Shown here piece after piece: positions 1 to 12,000 of a DNA stretch of 64,000 nt. Positions within the stretch are counted from its first letter, which is position 1; each line of letters starts with the position of its first letter. Source of the DNA: a virus (Duplodnaviria; Caudoviricetes); IMG/VR virus record IMGVR_UViG_3300035498_000732, positions 32,001-96,000 of that record. One strand, written 5' to 3'. The position numbers and the translations under genes were made by a program. The notes below the pieces were generated by a model, which ran no database searches, was not told the DNA's origin, and saw only the letters and a list, made by a program, of their open reading frames with translations.

Positions 1-77
1 TGAAGAATTATTTCAATGCATGCCTTAATACCTATAATGGTACTGAGGGTAAAGAGATGAAAGACTACTTTAAGTAG
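1..77 (+). CDS. 3' end of upstream gene truncated by window start (...KNYFNACLNTYNGTEGKEMKDYFK*)
   Basis: Open frame ending in TAG at 75-77, followed by a terminator hairpin. Confidence 0.6.
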   Translation, partial: KNYFNACLNTYNGTEGKEMKDYFK

Positions 78-87
78 AAGTCTATTG

Positions 88-119
88 GAGCTCGCTGATT
101 ATGGCGAGCTTCTTTTTTA
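88..119 (+). terminator. Intrinsic terminator
   Basis: Stem gagctcgc / gcgagctt followed by a T tract. Confidence 0.75.
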
Positions 120-175
120 TCAGGGATTTTTTTTTTACATTTATATAATTATTAATAATTTGGAGGATAATAGTT

Positions 176-1579
176 ATGGGATATTTTGCTGATAACTTCG
201 ATTATGTACTTGAAAGTATTCAAGTAGTGCATGAAGTATATTTTGGTAAAACCAAAGAAGTTCTTGCAATAGAAAAAGCTATTCATAATCTTAGAGAACC
301 ATATTTAAGTGGAAAGAATAAGAATAATAGTCCTTTAGCAAACTCTCTTCGCCTTGACCCAAATAAGAGAAAACTAGAGGATGCTATATGTAATGCATTT
401 GGATTTTCAGATACATTTATATCTATACAAAATTCTTATACCCAAAATGCATATACTCAGCCCACATCGTATTCTATCGATCTAGGATCTGGTAAATTAA
501 ATAGATCAGCTAGAAGGGCTAGTTCAAAAGTAAAAGGATATAGATTTGATCCTAAAGATAACATTGTATTTACATTAACCATGTTTTCTGGAGTGATTCT
601 TAATCCAGAATATACTGATGCAGAATTGACAGCAATTATACTTCATGAGATTGGGCATAACTTTACAGCTACTAGTGAGAGAGGAACGAGAATTCTTACA
701 GCTATTCCTGTATTAGCTTCTTTTATTAGATGCATGGCAGATATAGTTGCTCAAATATTGCAATATACAGCTCAAGGAATAGTAGCTATAGGTGCAGTTC
801 CAGCACTCATACAAGAATTTATTGAAGATATTGTATTCGGAGCAAATGCCACTAGAACTATTGGAGGAAGATTTAGTAGACTCTTTGATAATTGGCTAAA
901 AGATTTGCAGGAGAAAAATCCAGGAATACTTATGATAATTGGATCTTATTCATATATCATGAATATATATACGGATATTATTGCAACCATGCAATATTTC
1001 TGCAGCCTATTTCCAAATTATTTTCTTCTTCCAGTTGATATGATTGGAAGATTTGTTAGAGGCCTAGGTAGTCCAACTGGATATGCTGATGAGAAATTTG
1101 CAGATTCATTTCCTAGAATGTATGGATATGGCCCAGAGCTTGTATCAGCATTAGATAAAATGGCACTGCAACCAAATAGTTCATTTGAAAAAGCAGCTCA
1201 AGAATTAATTCTTCCACTGCAAGCAGTAGCCTCAATATATTGCACACCATATTGGATGATGGTTTATTTATTTGATGAGCATCCATATACATCTGACAGA
1301 GCTAAATTTATGGTGCAAGACCTTAAGGCCGAATTAAATGATAAATCATGTACTCTTAGTCCAGCTACTAAAAAGCAAATGATTCAAGATGCAGAGAAAA
1401 TTCAGGAAGAATTAGATGCATATTTGGATAGTGCATCTACTATTAAAGCATCTAAAGAATTAGGAATTAGATCTTGGCAAAATGCTATGCAAGCAGTATT
1501 TGGAGGATCTATTAAAGGTAAAATTAAAGCAAGAAATGTAAATAAAGATATTAATAGATTCTTTGATGACTTGGATTAA
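176..1579 (+). CDS. Zinc metallopeptidase (M48-like), putative virion head protein
   Basis: HEIGH zinc motif, downstream DEKFAD and DEHP motifs, hydrophobic middle; GGAGG RBS; late-type promoter at 136-149; N-terminal YVLE|S motif. Confidence 0.7.
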   Translation: MGYFADNFDYVLESIQVVHEVYFGKTKEVLAIEKAIHNLREPYLSGKNKNNSPLANSLRLDPNKRKLEDAICNAFGFSDTFISIQNSYTQNAYTQPTSYSIDLGSGKLNRSARRASSKVKGYRFDPKDNIVFTLTMFSGVILNPEYTDAELTAIILHEIGHNFTATSERGTRILTAIPVLASFIRCMADIVAQILQYTAQGIVAIGAVPALIQEFIEDIVFGANATRTIGGRFSRLFDNWLKDLQEKNPGILMIIGSYSYIMNIYTDIIATMQYFCSLFPNYFLLPVDMIGRFVRGLGSPTGYADEKFADSFPRMYGYGPELVSALDKMALQPNSSFEKAAQELILPLQAVASIYCTPYWMMVYLFDEHPYTSDRAKFMVQDLKAELNDKSCTLSPATKKQMIQDAEKIQEELDAYLDSASTIKASKELGIRSWQNAMQAVFGGSIKGKIKARNVNKDINRFFDDLD

Positions 1580-1607
1580 AATAAGGAGTGCTATAATAGC
1601 ACTCCTT
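1576..1607 (+). terminator. Terminator hairpin, copy 1 of a 32-nt duplicated element
   Basis: aaggagtgcta-taa-tagcactcctt; 31/32 identical to 2191-2222. Confidence 0.8.
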
Positions 1608-1711
1608 CTTTATTTCTTTAAATAGTCAATATTTGATACAAAATCGTTTTTTTTTTTTGAACGTATTTTTAATATTATATATAATACTTGTAAGGAGGTA
1701 CTACTTTAATT

Positions 1712-2194
1712 ATGATAGATATGAATGGCAGCATTGATGAGATTATGAATGAATGTGATATTATTGTAGAATCGAAGAAATCTAGTATAGGAGCAGAAAA
1801 AATAAATTTTCAGAATATTGTTAATCAGCTGCAAGCGATTATGCCTAATGGCTGGAAAAAAGGAATATTTATGGCTGAATATACATCTGGAAGTTATAGC
1901 ATGAAATGCTATGCAGATACTGGAAAAGGCTATAAAATTTGTAATTCCAGAGATATATCTAATGCATTTAAAAATATTAATAAAGAGCTTAATAGTTCTA
2001 GGGATAGTTTGGATACAGATCCATGGTATTCAATTACTATTCATTTTGATAAATCTGGCAAGTTTAAATCAGAATTTGATTATACAAGTCATGATGGAGA
2101 TGTATTGGCATACAAAAAGAAATGGGAAAATAAATATATTGGAAAGAAATCTACTAATGAATCTGTTTTTGAGTCATTATTTAGTCAGATTTAA
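1712..2194 (+). CDS. YezG/DUF600 (EsaG-like) immunity-family domain flanked by phage leader and tail peptides
   Basis: Core FQNIVNQLQAIMPNGWKK..AE...PWYSITIHFDKSGKFKSEFDY...W fits the DUF600 pattern (IPxxWxK, PWxSxT, GKFxxxFxY); leader and tail shared with 2227..2907. Confidence 0.65.
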   Translation: MIDMNGSIDEIMNECDIIVESKKSSIGAEKINFQNIVNQLQAIMPNGWKKGIFMAEYTSGSYSMKCYADTGKGYKICNSRDISNAFKNINKELNSSRDSLDTDPWYSITIHFDKSGKFKSEFDYTSHDGDVLAYKKKWENKYIGKKSTNESVFESLFSQI

Positions 2195-2226
2195 AATAAG
2201 GAGTGCTATTATAGCACTCCTTTTTC
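2191..2226. terminator. Bidirectional terminator, copy 2 of the duplicated element
   Basis: aaggagtgcta-tta-tagcactcctt between convergent genes. Confidence 0.8.
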
Positions 2227-2907
2227 TTATACTAAATTAAGTAAGTCATCAAAAATAGATGATTCATTAGCTGCTTTCTTTTTATCACGCTTTCTATCAT
2301 ATCGTGCTTCTCGTTTATCTTGCATCATTTTTTCATGCGCAGCTAATGATGATCTATACGCATAATCATCTTTATTTTTCATAGGGCCATTCCCATTTCT
2401 GCCATCCATAATACTACTTCTTGCAGTTTTTGAATAGTATTTTCCATAATCATGGTCATGCGTACCTTTTTCAGCTCCTCTAGCATTGGAATATGCAAGT
2501 TCTGCTTCACCTTTTACTTCAGCAATATAATCGCATTCACTCATTATATTCACAATACTCATGTTCATATCAATCATTGACTCATTTGCTGTTTTTCTAG
2601 TGGCCCTATCAACAGATTTATGGAAATTTCCTTTACCTTTTGTATTATATTGATTATCAACTCTATTTCTTCTTCTTTCATAATCCAAAGATGTTTTCAT
2701 TGGTCTACGGGTGCCAGGTTCATCTGATCCTTTGCTTCTTGCCATTTTTTCCATTGCACCGGCATCTTTTCCATAACCATGATCATGAGTTAATTTAGCA
2801 TAATGCCTTCCAGTTTCATAGCCAGCTTCTGCCTCACCCTTTAACTCAGCAATGTAATCGCATTCATTCATGATATTCTCAATACTCATATTCATATCAA
2901 TCATCAT
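2227..2907 (-). CDS. Two-unit tandem-repeat basic protein, putative internal head protein
   Basis: Residues 2-110 and 111-226 each start MIDMNMSIxNIMxECDYIAExKGEAE, contain THDHxYGK and end ANES; GGAGG RBS. Confidence 0.7.
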   Translation of the reverse strand: MMIDMNMSIENIMNECDYIAELKGEAEAGYETGRHYAKLTHDHGYGKDAGAMEKMARSKGSDEPGTRRPMKTSLDYERRRNRVDNQYNTKGKGNFHKSVDRATRKTANESMIDMNMSIVNIMSECDYIAEVKGEAELAYSNARGAEKGTHDHDYGKYYSKTARSSIMDGRNGNGPMKNKDDYAYRSSLAAHEKMMQDKREARYDRKRDKKKAANESSIFDDLLNLV

Positions 2908-3015
2908 CAGTATCCTCCATATAATATATTATATTTGTAATTTATGGTAATACATATCAAGTCATATTAATATTATGTAAAAAAAAAAATATTTTCTCGC
3001 CCCTCTAATTACCTG

Positions 3016-3029
3016 AACATTGAGATAAT
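3016..3029 (+). promoter_or_regulatory. Phage late-type promoter AAC(A/T)-N6-TAAT (representative)
   Basis: Recurs at 13658, 23235, 26034, 39349, 44656, 55708, 56972, 58466, 59786 (+) and 17755, 22291, 39324, 62098 (-); TACA/CACA variants at 136, 42430 and 62704. Confidence 0.75.
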
Positions 3030-3053
3030 TATGCATGAAAGGAGACTTTTCAT

Positions 3054-6000
3054 ATGGCTATGTTTAATGGTATTAAATACGTGAAAAATCTTACTAAATC
3101 ATTTGGATATGCTATGGTAGATGTAGTTGGAGATATGAATCCAACTTTAAAATCTTTTACTGAGACAAATCAGGAACTTGGCAAAGAATTATATGCTACT
3201 GTTACTGATTGGAAAGGTACAGTAAAGAAAGCTAAAACTGCTATAGTAGAGAGTGATGTATATGAATTTGCTAAGACCTATAAAGAGAATCTATTCGAAG
3301 ATTTAAAAAATGGCACTTTCTATAATAAAGCTCGTAAAGATGAATATGAAGTAAGATTATCTGGATGGTCTGATGAACAGCTCAAAGAAGACTTTGGCGA
3401 TATGTTTGACGATGATGATGACATCAATTTTGATGATTGGGATGAAGATGATCTTAGATCTGATTTATTTATCGCAGAAAGCATGGATGATGTAGGAGAA
3501 AAGATTTCTGCTGCAAATGCAGAAGTTACTACAAAGAGTGCAGAATATATTGTACGTGGCCAGAAAGAGTCTACAAAAATATTATATCAGCAGAATAATG
3601 CATTGATGGGCCAAGCATTAAAAGGAATGGCTGCTATTAATTCAAACCTTGGACAATTAGCAGGTATGCCAGAGATGATGCAGGTTCAAGTAAATAATGC
3701 ATCTAAATTCTTTGAAGATACCACAGGACGTTTAGATCATATTACTGAATTATTAGAGAATATTTCCAATAATACAAATCTATCTAATGAATTCAATCAA
3801 TCTAATGAAAAGAGTGATGATTTTACTTTTAGTGATATCATTGACTCTAAGGGAATGCCTAATCTCAAGAAGTATTTTTCTGTAATTAAGAAAAATATAG
3901 CTAATAGTTCTTCTGAGTTTGATATGCTTGGAAACCTATTTGGTGGTGGTAATGTGGCACTCACATTTGCTGCATCTCCATTAGAAGAACTAATGAAAGC
4001 TGCGGTTAAACAAGTTATTCCTAAAGTACTATCATCATCTATGGATAGATTTAATAGTACACTACAAGGATTCTTTGGATCATTAATATCTAAGATTAAT
4101 GGAGGCTATGGATCAGATAATCCAATTATAAATTGGGTGTCAAAGATATTTGGTATCGATTCATCTCTAAATACAGATATTGATCCATCCAGATATGAGA
4201 AAGGGAAAGTTGCATGGGATGGAGTATCTAGAAAAGCATTAGTAGAAGTTATCCCAGGGCAATTATCTAAGATTGTATCGGCATTAACAGGAGAGTCTCC
4301 ATTAGTATTTGATCCAGAATCTGGAACAATGAAGTCCATAACCGATATATATGATAATGCTAAAAATAGAGTTAAGAACTCTGCTAATTATGCTGGTAGC
4401 GATGTAAGAGCACAGATATATGATGTGCTTGATAAGTCAAAGTATTCATTTAGAAGCTATAATGAGAAGAAAAGATTTGAAGATGATCTTAATAGATTTT
4501 TTATGTATGCTTTTAATGCTGGTGGTATAGATGGCAGAGCTATTAAGAGAAGAGGAGAAGGTGGACTTTCAGATATTGGTATAGACAATAGCAAATTACT
4601 TGAGGGAATATTTGAGAAGATATCTGAAACAGAAGAAGGACGTAATTCATTATTAAATCTTAATAGAAGAATCCTTAGAGAAAGAGACAGCTTATCCAAC
4701 CATACTAAATATATGGAGAGAAAGGGCTCCATTGAATCTTACTTGTCAAATGGCATGTTTGATGATTATTTATATGAATTTGAATCAGATGATAATAAGA
4801 AATTAAGAGCTGCTGGCTATAGTACAATGGATTCATTATCTGGGGTTCAGACATTTGCTAAACAAATTGATGATTATGGCCATAATATATTCTATTATCT
4901 GCAAGAGCAATTAATGCGCTTAGATAAGATATATGAGTTCACAGACTATATGGTTGAGAATGGAGTCAATGGTGATTGGATTCCTAGAAGTGATTTAGAT
5001 CAGGATAGACATCTTATTCTTACTGGCGGAAGTACTATTGATAATAATAGATTGATAAGAGCCAGAATAATTACTCCTAGTGGCCATTACGTTAGACGTC
5101 CTCCAAGTAAGCTTAATGAAATTGAACCTGATGAATATCTTGAAAAGACCACTGCAAAATATATTCTTGATGACTATAATAGAAGACAGTCAGAAAATTA
5201 TATAAATGAAAGAAACAGCTATAGACAAGATAATCCAGATTTCATGGAGACTTATAATGATGATACATCTGGAGAATTTAGTTTTAAGGTAGATGTAGAA
5301 AGGGATATTGAAAATAGAGAAGAGAAGAACAGAGATAAAAATTGGATAGACAGATTATTATCAGAGAAGACACTTGAAGGTAAATTAGGTGTCTTTCAAG
5401 AAAAGACTCAAGATTTTCTCAATAAGCCACTCTTATGGGTTAGCAATATGCTTGATAGTGCAAATGAGAAAGTATATAAGTTAATATATGGGACTGATAT
5501 TGAGAAAGACCTTGAAGAGAAAGGACTTATAGGAATTCTTTCTGATAGTATTCATAATACATTTGATAATGTAAATCTCTGGATTGATGATAATATTCTT
5601 GCTCCATTAAAAGCAAAACTTGGCTTAAGAGGTGAAGAAGGTGGCTTATTAACCAAGGTTGCTGATGTAATGGGCTGGGATATTGAAAAATTCAAAAGAG
5701 ATAAAGCAAGAGGAATCTTTGGCACATATGATGAAGATACCAAGACTAGATCTGGTGGATTACTTGGTGACTATATGCAAAGTGTCAAAGATGCTGCTAA
5801 AGATGTGGCTAAATGGGGCACAGGTAGTGTCAGAGATGTACGAGATACAGTATCTAATGGACTTGGATTAAATGAAATAGTAAATCCATATGCTGATACC
5901 GAGACCGAAGCAGGATCATCATATGACCATAGTAATGCTATTATATCTGCATTGAATAATGCTAGTATCAAAGCTGATTATGATCCAGTACAAGCCGGAT

Positions 6001-9000
6001 ATGATATGTATGATCAGATATTTGGAAATTCTGAGCCAGAAGCTCCAAAACCAAAAAATAAATACATCAATGAGGAAAATGAAAATAGAGTAGCCGAAAT
6101 GCTTAATAGCATTAATGGTTATGCTGTAGGTGGACAGGTTAAGAAGACAGGTATTGCTGCTGTATCTGAGGGTGAACTTATTATACCATCTGAGCTTAAT
6201 CCATATTATAAAGGCACTACAAATAAAGCTCAACAGATGAAGGATGAAGATAATGCCGTAAAGAAATTCTTTGGTAAATATGCTTCAGGAACTACTGATG
6301 TTGGAGATGGCAATAATGGTTATATCATCAATATAGCTATCAATAAGGTTGCTGATAAGCTCAAGAAAGCAAATACTACTAGAGAAGAAATTGCTCAATA
6401 TCTTCAGGACAATCCTCCGGATAAAGAGTTGGATGCAGATGGCGAGATTTCTTATTATGTAAATCTGGCTAAGAAATACTTAAATAAGAAGATTTCTGAA
6501 TATGCTATCAATAAGCTTACAGGCGCTAAGAAGAAGATTGTAAAGTACGATAATAGTGCTGGAAATTATACTCTTTCTGATGGCACTGTAATGACTATGA
6601 AAGCCGGTGAGTATGTAAAGAAAGTTGGTGGAGAAGCTAAATTATTTGCCAGCAATTCCAAAAGCTTCCTTGGAGATTCATTTGGTCAACTTGGTAGTGC
6701 ATTTAAGAGTGTAGCTGAAGTATATCATAGATCTACAGATAATAGAAAGGGAAGCGATACTCCAGAAAGCCAAGCATTTGATGAAATGATTGATGATGTG
6801 AAAGAAAACTTCACTAAAGACTATGCTGGAGCTACTACCGTAGGAGCTGGAATTGGTGGGCTTGCATCATTAATTACTGGAGCTGTAGGTGGTCCTCTTC
6901 TTGGAGCTGCTGTTGGTGGAGCTGTTGGACTTACATTGAAGTCTAATAAGGTTCAGGATTGGTTATTTGGTAAAGAAGTAGACACTGATGAAGGAAAGAA
7001 ATTAGAAGGAGGAGTTTTATCAGAGCAAGCATCTAAATTTATAAAAGAGAAATTACCAGATCTTGCTAAGTTTGGTTTAGTAGGTGGTGCTGCTGGTACT
7101 ATAACTGGTCATCCACTTCTTGGTACATTTATAGGATCAGGTATTGGATTTGCAAAGAATTCTGAGAAATTCCAGAGCTTATTATTCAATACTACCAATA
7201 AACAAGGTCATACTACTAAAGGTCTCTTTAATATGACATCTGAGCAATTCAATGATATGATAGCAAAGAGACTTCCTAAGATGGGAGCTGGAGCTATTGC
7301 TGGATTAGCACTCGGGCCATTTGGTTTAGTGCCTAACCTTGTTATTGGATCTGCTATTGGATTTGCATCAGATACAAATACATTTAAGGATACATTGCTT
7401 GGTAAGGTAAATGAGAAAACCAATAAACGTGAAGGTGGACTCATAGAAGAACTTACTAAGACTATCTTCAAACCATTTGTGAATTTTGGTAAGAATACAG
7501 TTGATAGACTTACAAAATGGCTTGATGATGAAATCATGGGTCGTATTTCTAAATCTATTGAGCCAATTGCCCATTACTTTGAAACTCAAGGTTTAAGATT
7601 TGCTAGATGGATTGGCAGAGGATTCAAGGGTGTTGGAAATGCAATTGGCGGTTCTACTACTGGTAGACGTATATATAGAAGAATCATTGAACCAGTTAGA
7701 AATGCTGCTGGAAATTTAGCTAATACAGCTATTGATATTGCTAAAGCGCCTATTACATTTGGAGCTAAAGCTCTTGAAAATAGAGCTATGGCTGGCCAAG
7801 CTCACGATATAAGACTAGGATATACTGATAATCTTACTATTGATGAAGTAATGGATCAGTATAAGAATAATCCATTCCTTACCAATTATGCAGATGGAAA
7901 TGTGCCTTTAGAGATAGAAAATACTAAAGATGCTAATATGTACAGAATGCAGGCAGGAGTATATGATCTTAAAAAGGCTGGTGATCTTAAGAGATTAAAA
8001 GATCTTCAAGGTGCTGTTGATGCTATGGGCAACATCAGCACTACTTATAAGCAAAAGCAGAAAAATATTATAGCAGAAATGAGAGATAAAACTCTCAATG
8101 ATTATAATATAAGACAGTCTAATAAAGATAGACTTGTTGGACTTGTAAAAGCTGGAAAGCTTAATGAAGATAATATTGATGAGTATCTGTCAGATATAAA
8201 AGCAGTTAATGGTGAATCATTCTCTTATGATGATAGAAATAAACTCAGAGAAGCATTACTTACCGGTGCAGGAAAGCTTGCTGATCTTAAGAGCGACTAT
8301 ACTACTCTTGATGAAAATGGTAAATCTGTATTTGAGAAAAACCAAAAGAAGATTATTGAACAGCAAATGAAAGATTTTGGTATTGCAGATGATAAGTTTG
8401 CTAAATTCATCTTTGGTAATCAAGTTCAAAGAGAAAGATTTGCAGAATTGCTTGGCAATACAATCAATAAGATGGAAGAAGAGAATATCCATGATGAAGA
8501 TAAATCTCCAGAAGAAAAGATTGGTGAATCTGTAGAAGATAATGTAAATAATCTTAATAATCATATGCAAGATCGCCATGATGAACTTATTGATCTTATC
8601 AAGCAAGCCATTAATACTATAGCTGCTAGAACTGGTGGTGAAAGACAGTTTGCTGAGAATGGTGATTATATCGGAGAAAATTCTCCTGTAAATTCTAAAG
8701 GCGCCACTAATAAAGCCAAAGATATAGTAGAAGATGCTGAGAAAAAAGCAAATGAAAGCTTAACCGATAATCCATCTGATAAATTTAAATTTGACCAGGA
8801 TTTGGCAAATGAAGACTATTTGAATGCTGCTGATGAAGCTAAGAAAAGACAAGATGATGCTACAGCAGATATAGAGAACTTCGCAACAGCTGCTACTGGT
8901 GGTAAAGTAAATAAGTCCGGTTTAGCTGCTGTATCAAAAGGCGAACTTATTCTTCCAGAATTTTATGGTAAATTTGCTGATGGTGGTATAATTGGTGCTT

Positions 9001-12000
9001 TGAAGGGTGATGGACTTAATATTCCTGGATATGGGAATATAAGGCTGAGACCTGAATTTGGTGGTACACCTAGAAATAAAACTATTACTAGTCTTGATGG
9101 TACTTATGTATATGATGAGGAAAGCCATGAATATGAAGCTGCTGATGCAGAGACAAGAGCTGCTGATGCAAAGAAAGAAAAGTTAAAAGATTCTCTTATT
9201 TCTATTCCTGATAAGCTCAATAATGTTATTGATGCCCTTGGTGGAACAGAAGATGCTGATGACAAAGAGAAAGAGAGTAATGGATTCTTATCCAGTATTC
9301 TTTCTATGCTTGGATTAACAGGAGCATCTGGTATTGGAGCTACTATTCTTAAATTTGCTAGTAAAGGCATTGGATTTGCTATGACTTTACTTGGTCCAAT
9401 TGCTGCAGCTGCTTTGATGGGAACATTCTTCTCTGGTAAACTTGATGGAATAATTAATACTTTTAGCAGTACTATAGGATCATACATAATGAAATTGCTT
9501 GGAGCTGATGAAGATGTAGATACTATTAAGAGTAATATCAGTCAAAGTGGAGAGAATGGTGAAGATGGAGCATCAGATATAGTTAAGTATTCATTGACTA
9601 AGGATTTCCTGAAAGGTGGTAAACACTTTAAAGCATTTTTTAGAAAAGCAAATGAAAAGCTTGCAAATAATAAGTTATTTAGAAATGCAACAGTTCTTAC
9701 CAAAGGAACTAATTTTGTATCTAATGCTTATAATACTATAGCTAATAAATTATTTGGCGGGGCTAAGGATGCTGCAGAAACAGTTGTAGAAGATAGTTCA
9801 GAAAGTCTTTGGGGCAGTTTCTTAGAGCATAATGGCGATAATGCAGCTAGTGCAATAATGAATGAAGGGGATGATTTAGCTAGAGCTGCAGCAAGTGGAA
9901 ATAAAGAAGGTTTATTGAAGAAATTCACAGGATTATTTAAGAATAAGAATGTTGAAACAGCTGCAGAGAGTGGAGTTGAGAAAGCCGCAGAATCTTCAAT
10001 ATTGCAGAGTGCATTAAAGTCTTCTAAAGAGGCTGTGTCTAAGGTTCTTGCTGCTATTGCTGGACATCTTCCAGAAGGATTAAAGAATAATATAAGCAAA
10101 ATTAAAGATGCTATTGATAATCTTATAGAGACTCAGGCAAAGAAAAAGGCTGAGAAAGATGGAGTTGAAAATGCAGCAAAACTCATTCCTCTCGTAGGAA
10201 AAGTTGTTACTGTAGCATTCTTTGTAGCTGATTATCTTACAGGATACAATAAAGCATCTAGTATACTTGGAGTAGAGAATCCTACAGCATGTGAAAAGGT
10301 TATATCTGGACTCGTAAATGGTTTTCTTGGAATTGGCTTCTTTACATCATTAATTCCTTCAAAGTTATTCATTACGACTATGATTGATGTAATTGGCCCA
10401 TTACTTGGAATTGATAGTACTGAATTAAAGCAGAGACGTCAAGAATATGCCGACAAAGTGGAATCATATAATGAAGAGAATGGTACAAATTACTCTATAG
10501 AGCAATACAATTCTAGTGTAAATGGTGAGAAGGGATTCTTTGAAAAGACTATTAGCAATGTCAAGTCATTATTTAGTAGCAAAGCTAGAACTACTAGAGA
10601 TAGTATGCTGGATAGTGATGGCAATGTAGTAGCTGGAGCACTTGATAAGACTACTAAGAGATGGAAGAAATTCTGGCAGAAGAAGGTTGATAATGGAATG
10701 GATCAATCTTATGCAGAAGCTCTCTATAGAAATGAGATCTTACATGATTCTAGTATGTCATTGACAGATGATTATATTGCTGATCTTCAAGAAAAGATTC
10801 AGAAATATCAGCAGACTAGTGGATCTCAGCAGATTCCTGATATTACTGTGGATCTTAATGGACTTATTAGGCATAATAAAGCCAATGGCCAAAAAGGTGC
10901 TAATGTAAGTTATGGTGATACAACTACAGCAGATTATGTAGGTAATTATGCTTTAGGCGGTATCATAAAGAAAACTGGATTAGCAGCACTCTCTAAGGGA
11001 GAGATGGTAGTTGATAATGCTAAAGATGCTATAAGTGCTATTACTAGTAAATTATTTGGTGGACTTGGAAATGTAGATATCAGTGGATATGAGTCAGTTA
11101 CAGATCTTGGTACATTTATTTCTGATCTGATGAATCTTGATGTAAAGACAAATGGATGGGAAGAGTTCTGGAAAAAGGCAGATGCTGATGATGAAGATTC
11201 AGGTGCTTTAGCTCCAATCAAGAAACTGATTAAGAGATTAATTGCATCTATGGTAGCTCCTGTATTTGCCATGAATATGTCTATGAATAGTGTTGCTGGT
11301 ACATTTAGTAATACACTTGGTACATCTAATACCACAGATACTAGTGATCAAACTACCACTACAACAAGTAGTAGCAGTGGATCAAAGTCATTATTATCTA
11401 TGGCGGCTAGTGCTGCAAAAGGAGTATTATCTAAAGTATCTGGCGGCATTAAGAAATTCTTTGGTGGCGGAACTGGCAAAGAAGATTATGATTCAGAAGA
11501 TGGTACATTTATTTCACAGATAAGTGATAAGTATGCCAATCTTAGCTATGGCAATAGTACATTTGCTGATGAAGGATGTGCACCTGCTACAGCTGCAATG
11601 TTTTTGAATAATACCATGGGTAATCAATATGGAGCAAGCATTGAAGATGCTGCTAAATATGCTGTATCTGGTGGATACAAAGTAGACAATGATGGTACTA
11701 AGGATCAATTCTTTAAGGACTACTTTACTACTAAGGGTATTGATACTGAATCTATTCAAAATTCTAAAGGAATTTATGATAGTATTGCTGCTGGTAAGCC
11801 TACTGTATTACTTGGGCAAGATGCAAAGAATACATCAAAGAAGAAATCTCCATTTGGGAAAGATCCTCATTATGTACTTGCTACTGGAGTAGATGAGAAT
11901 GGTAATATTATTGTAAATGATCCTGAAGCTAAGAAAGGCGGTAAAGCTTATAATAAGAGTATATTAAATGGAGTTAAGAATGCTATAGCTCCAAAGAAAA

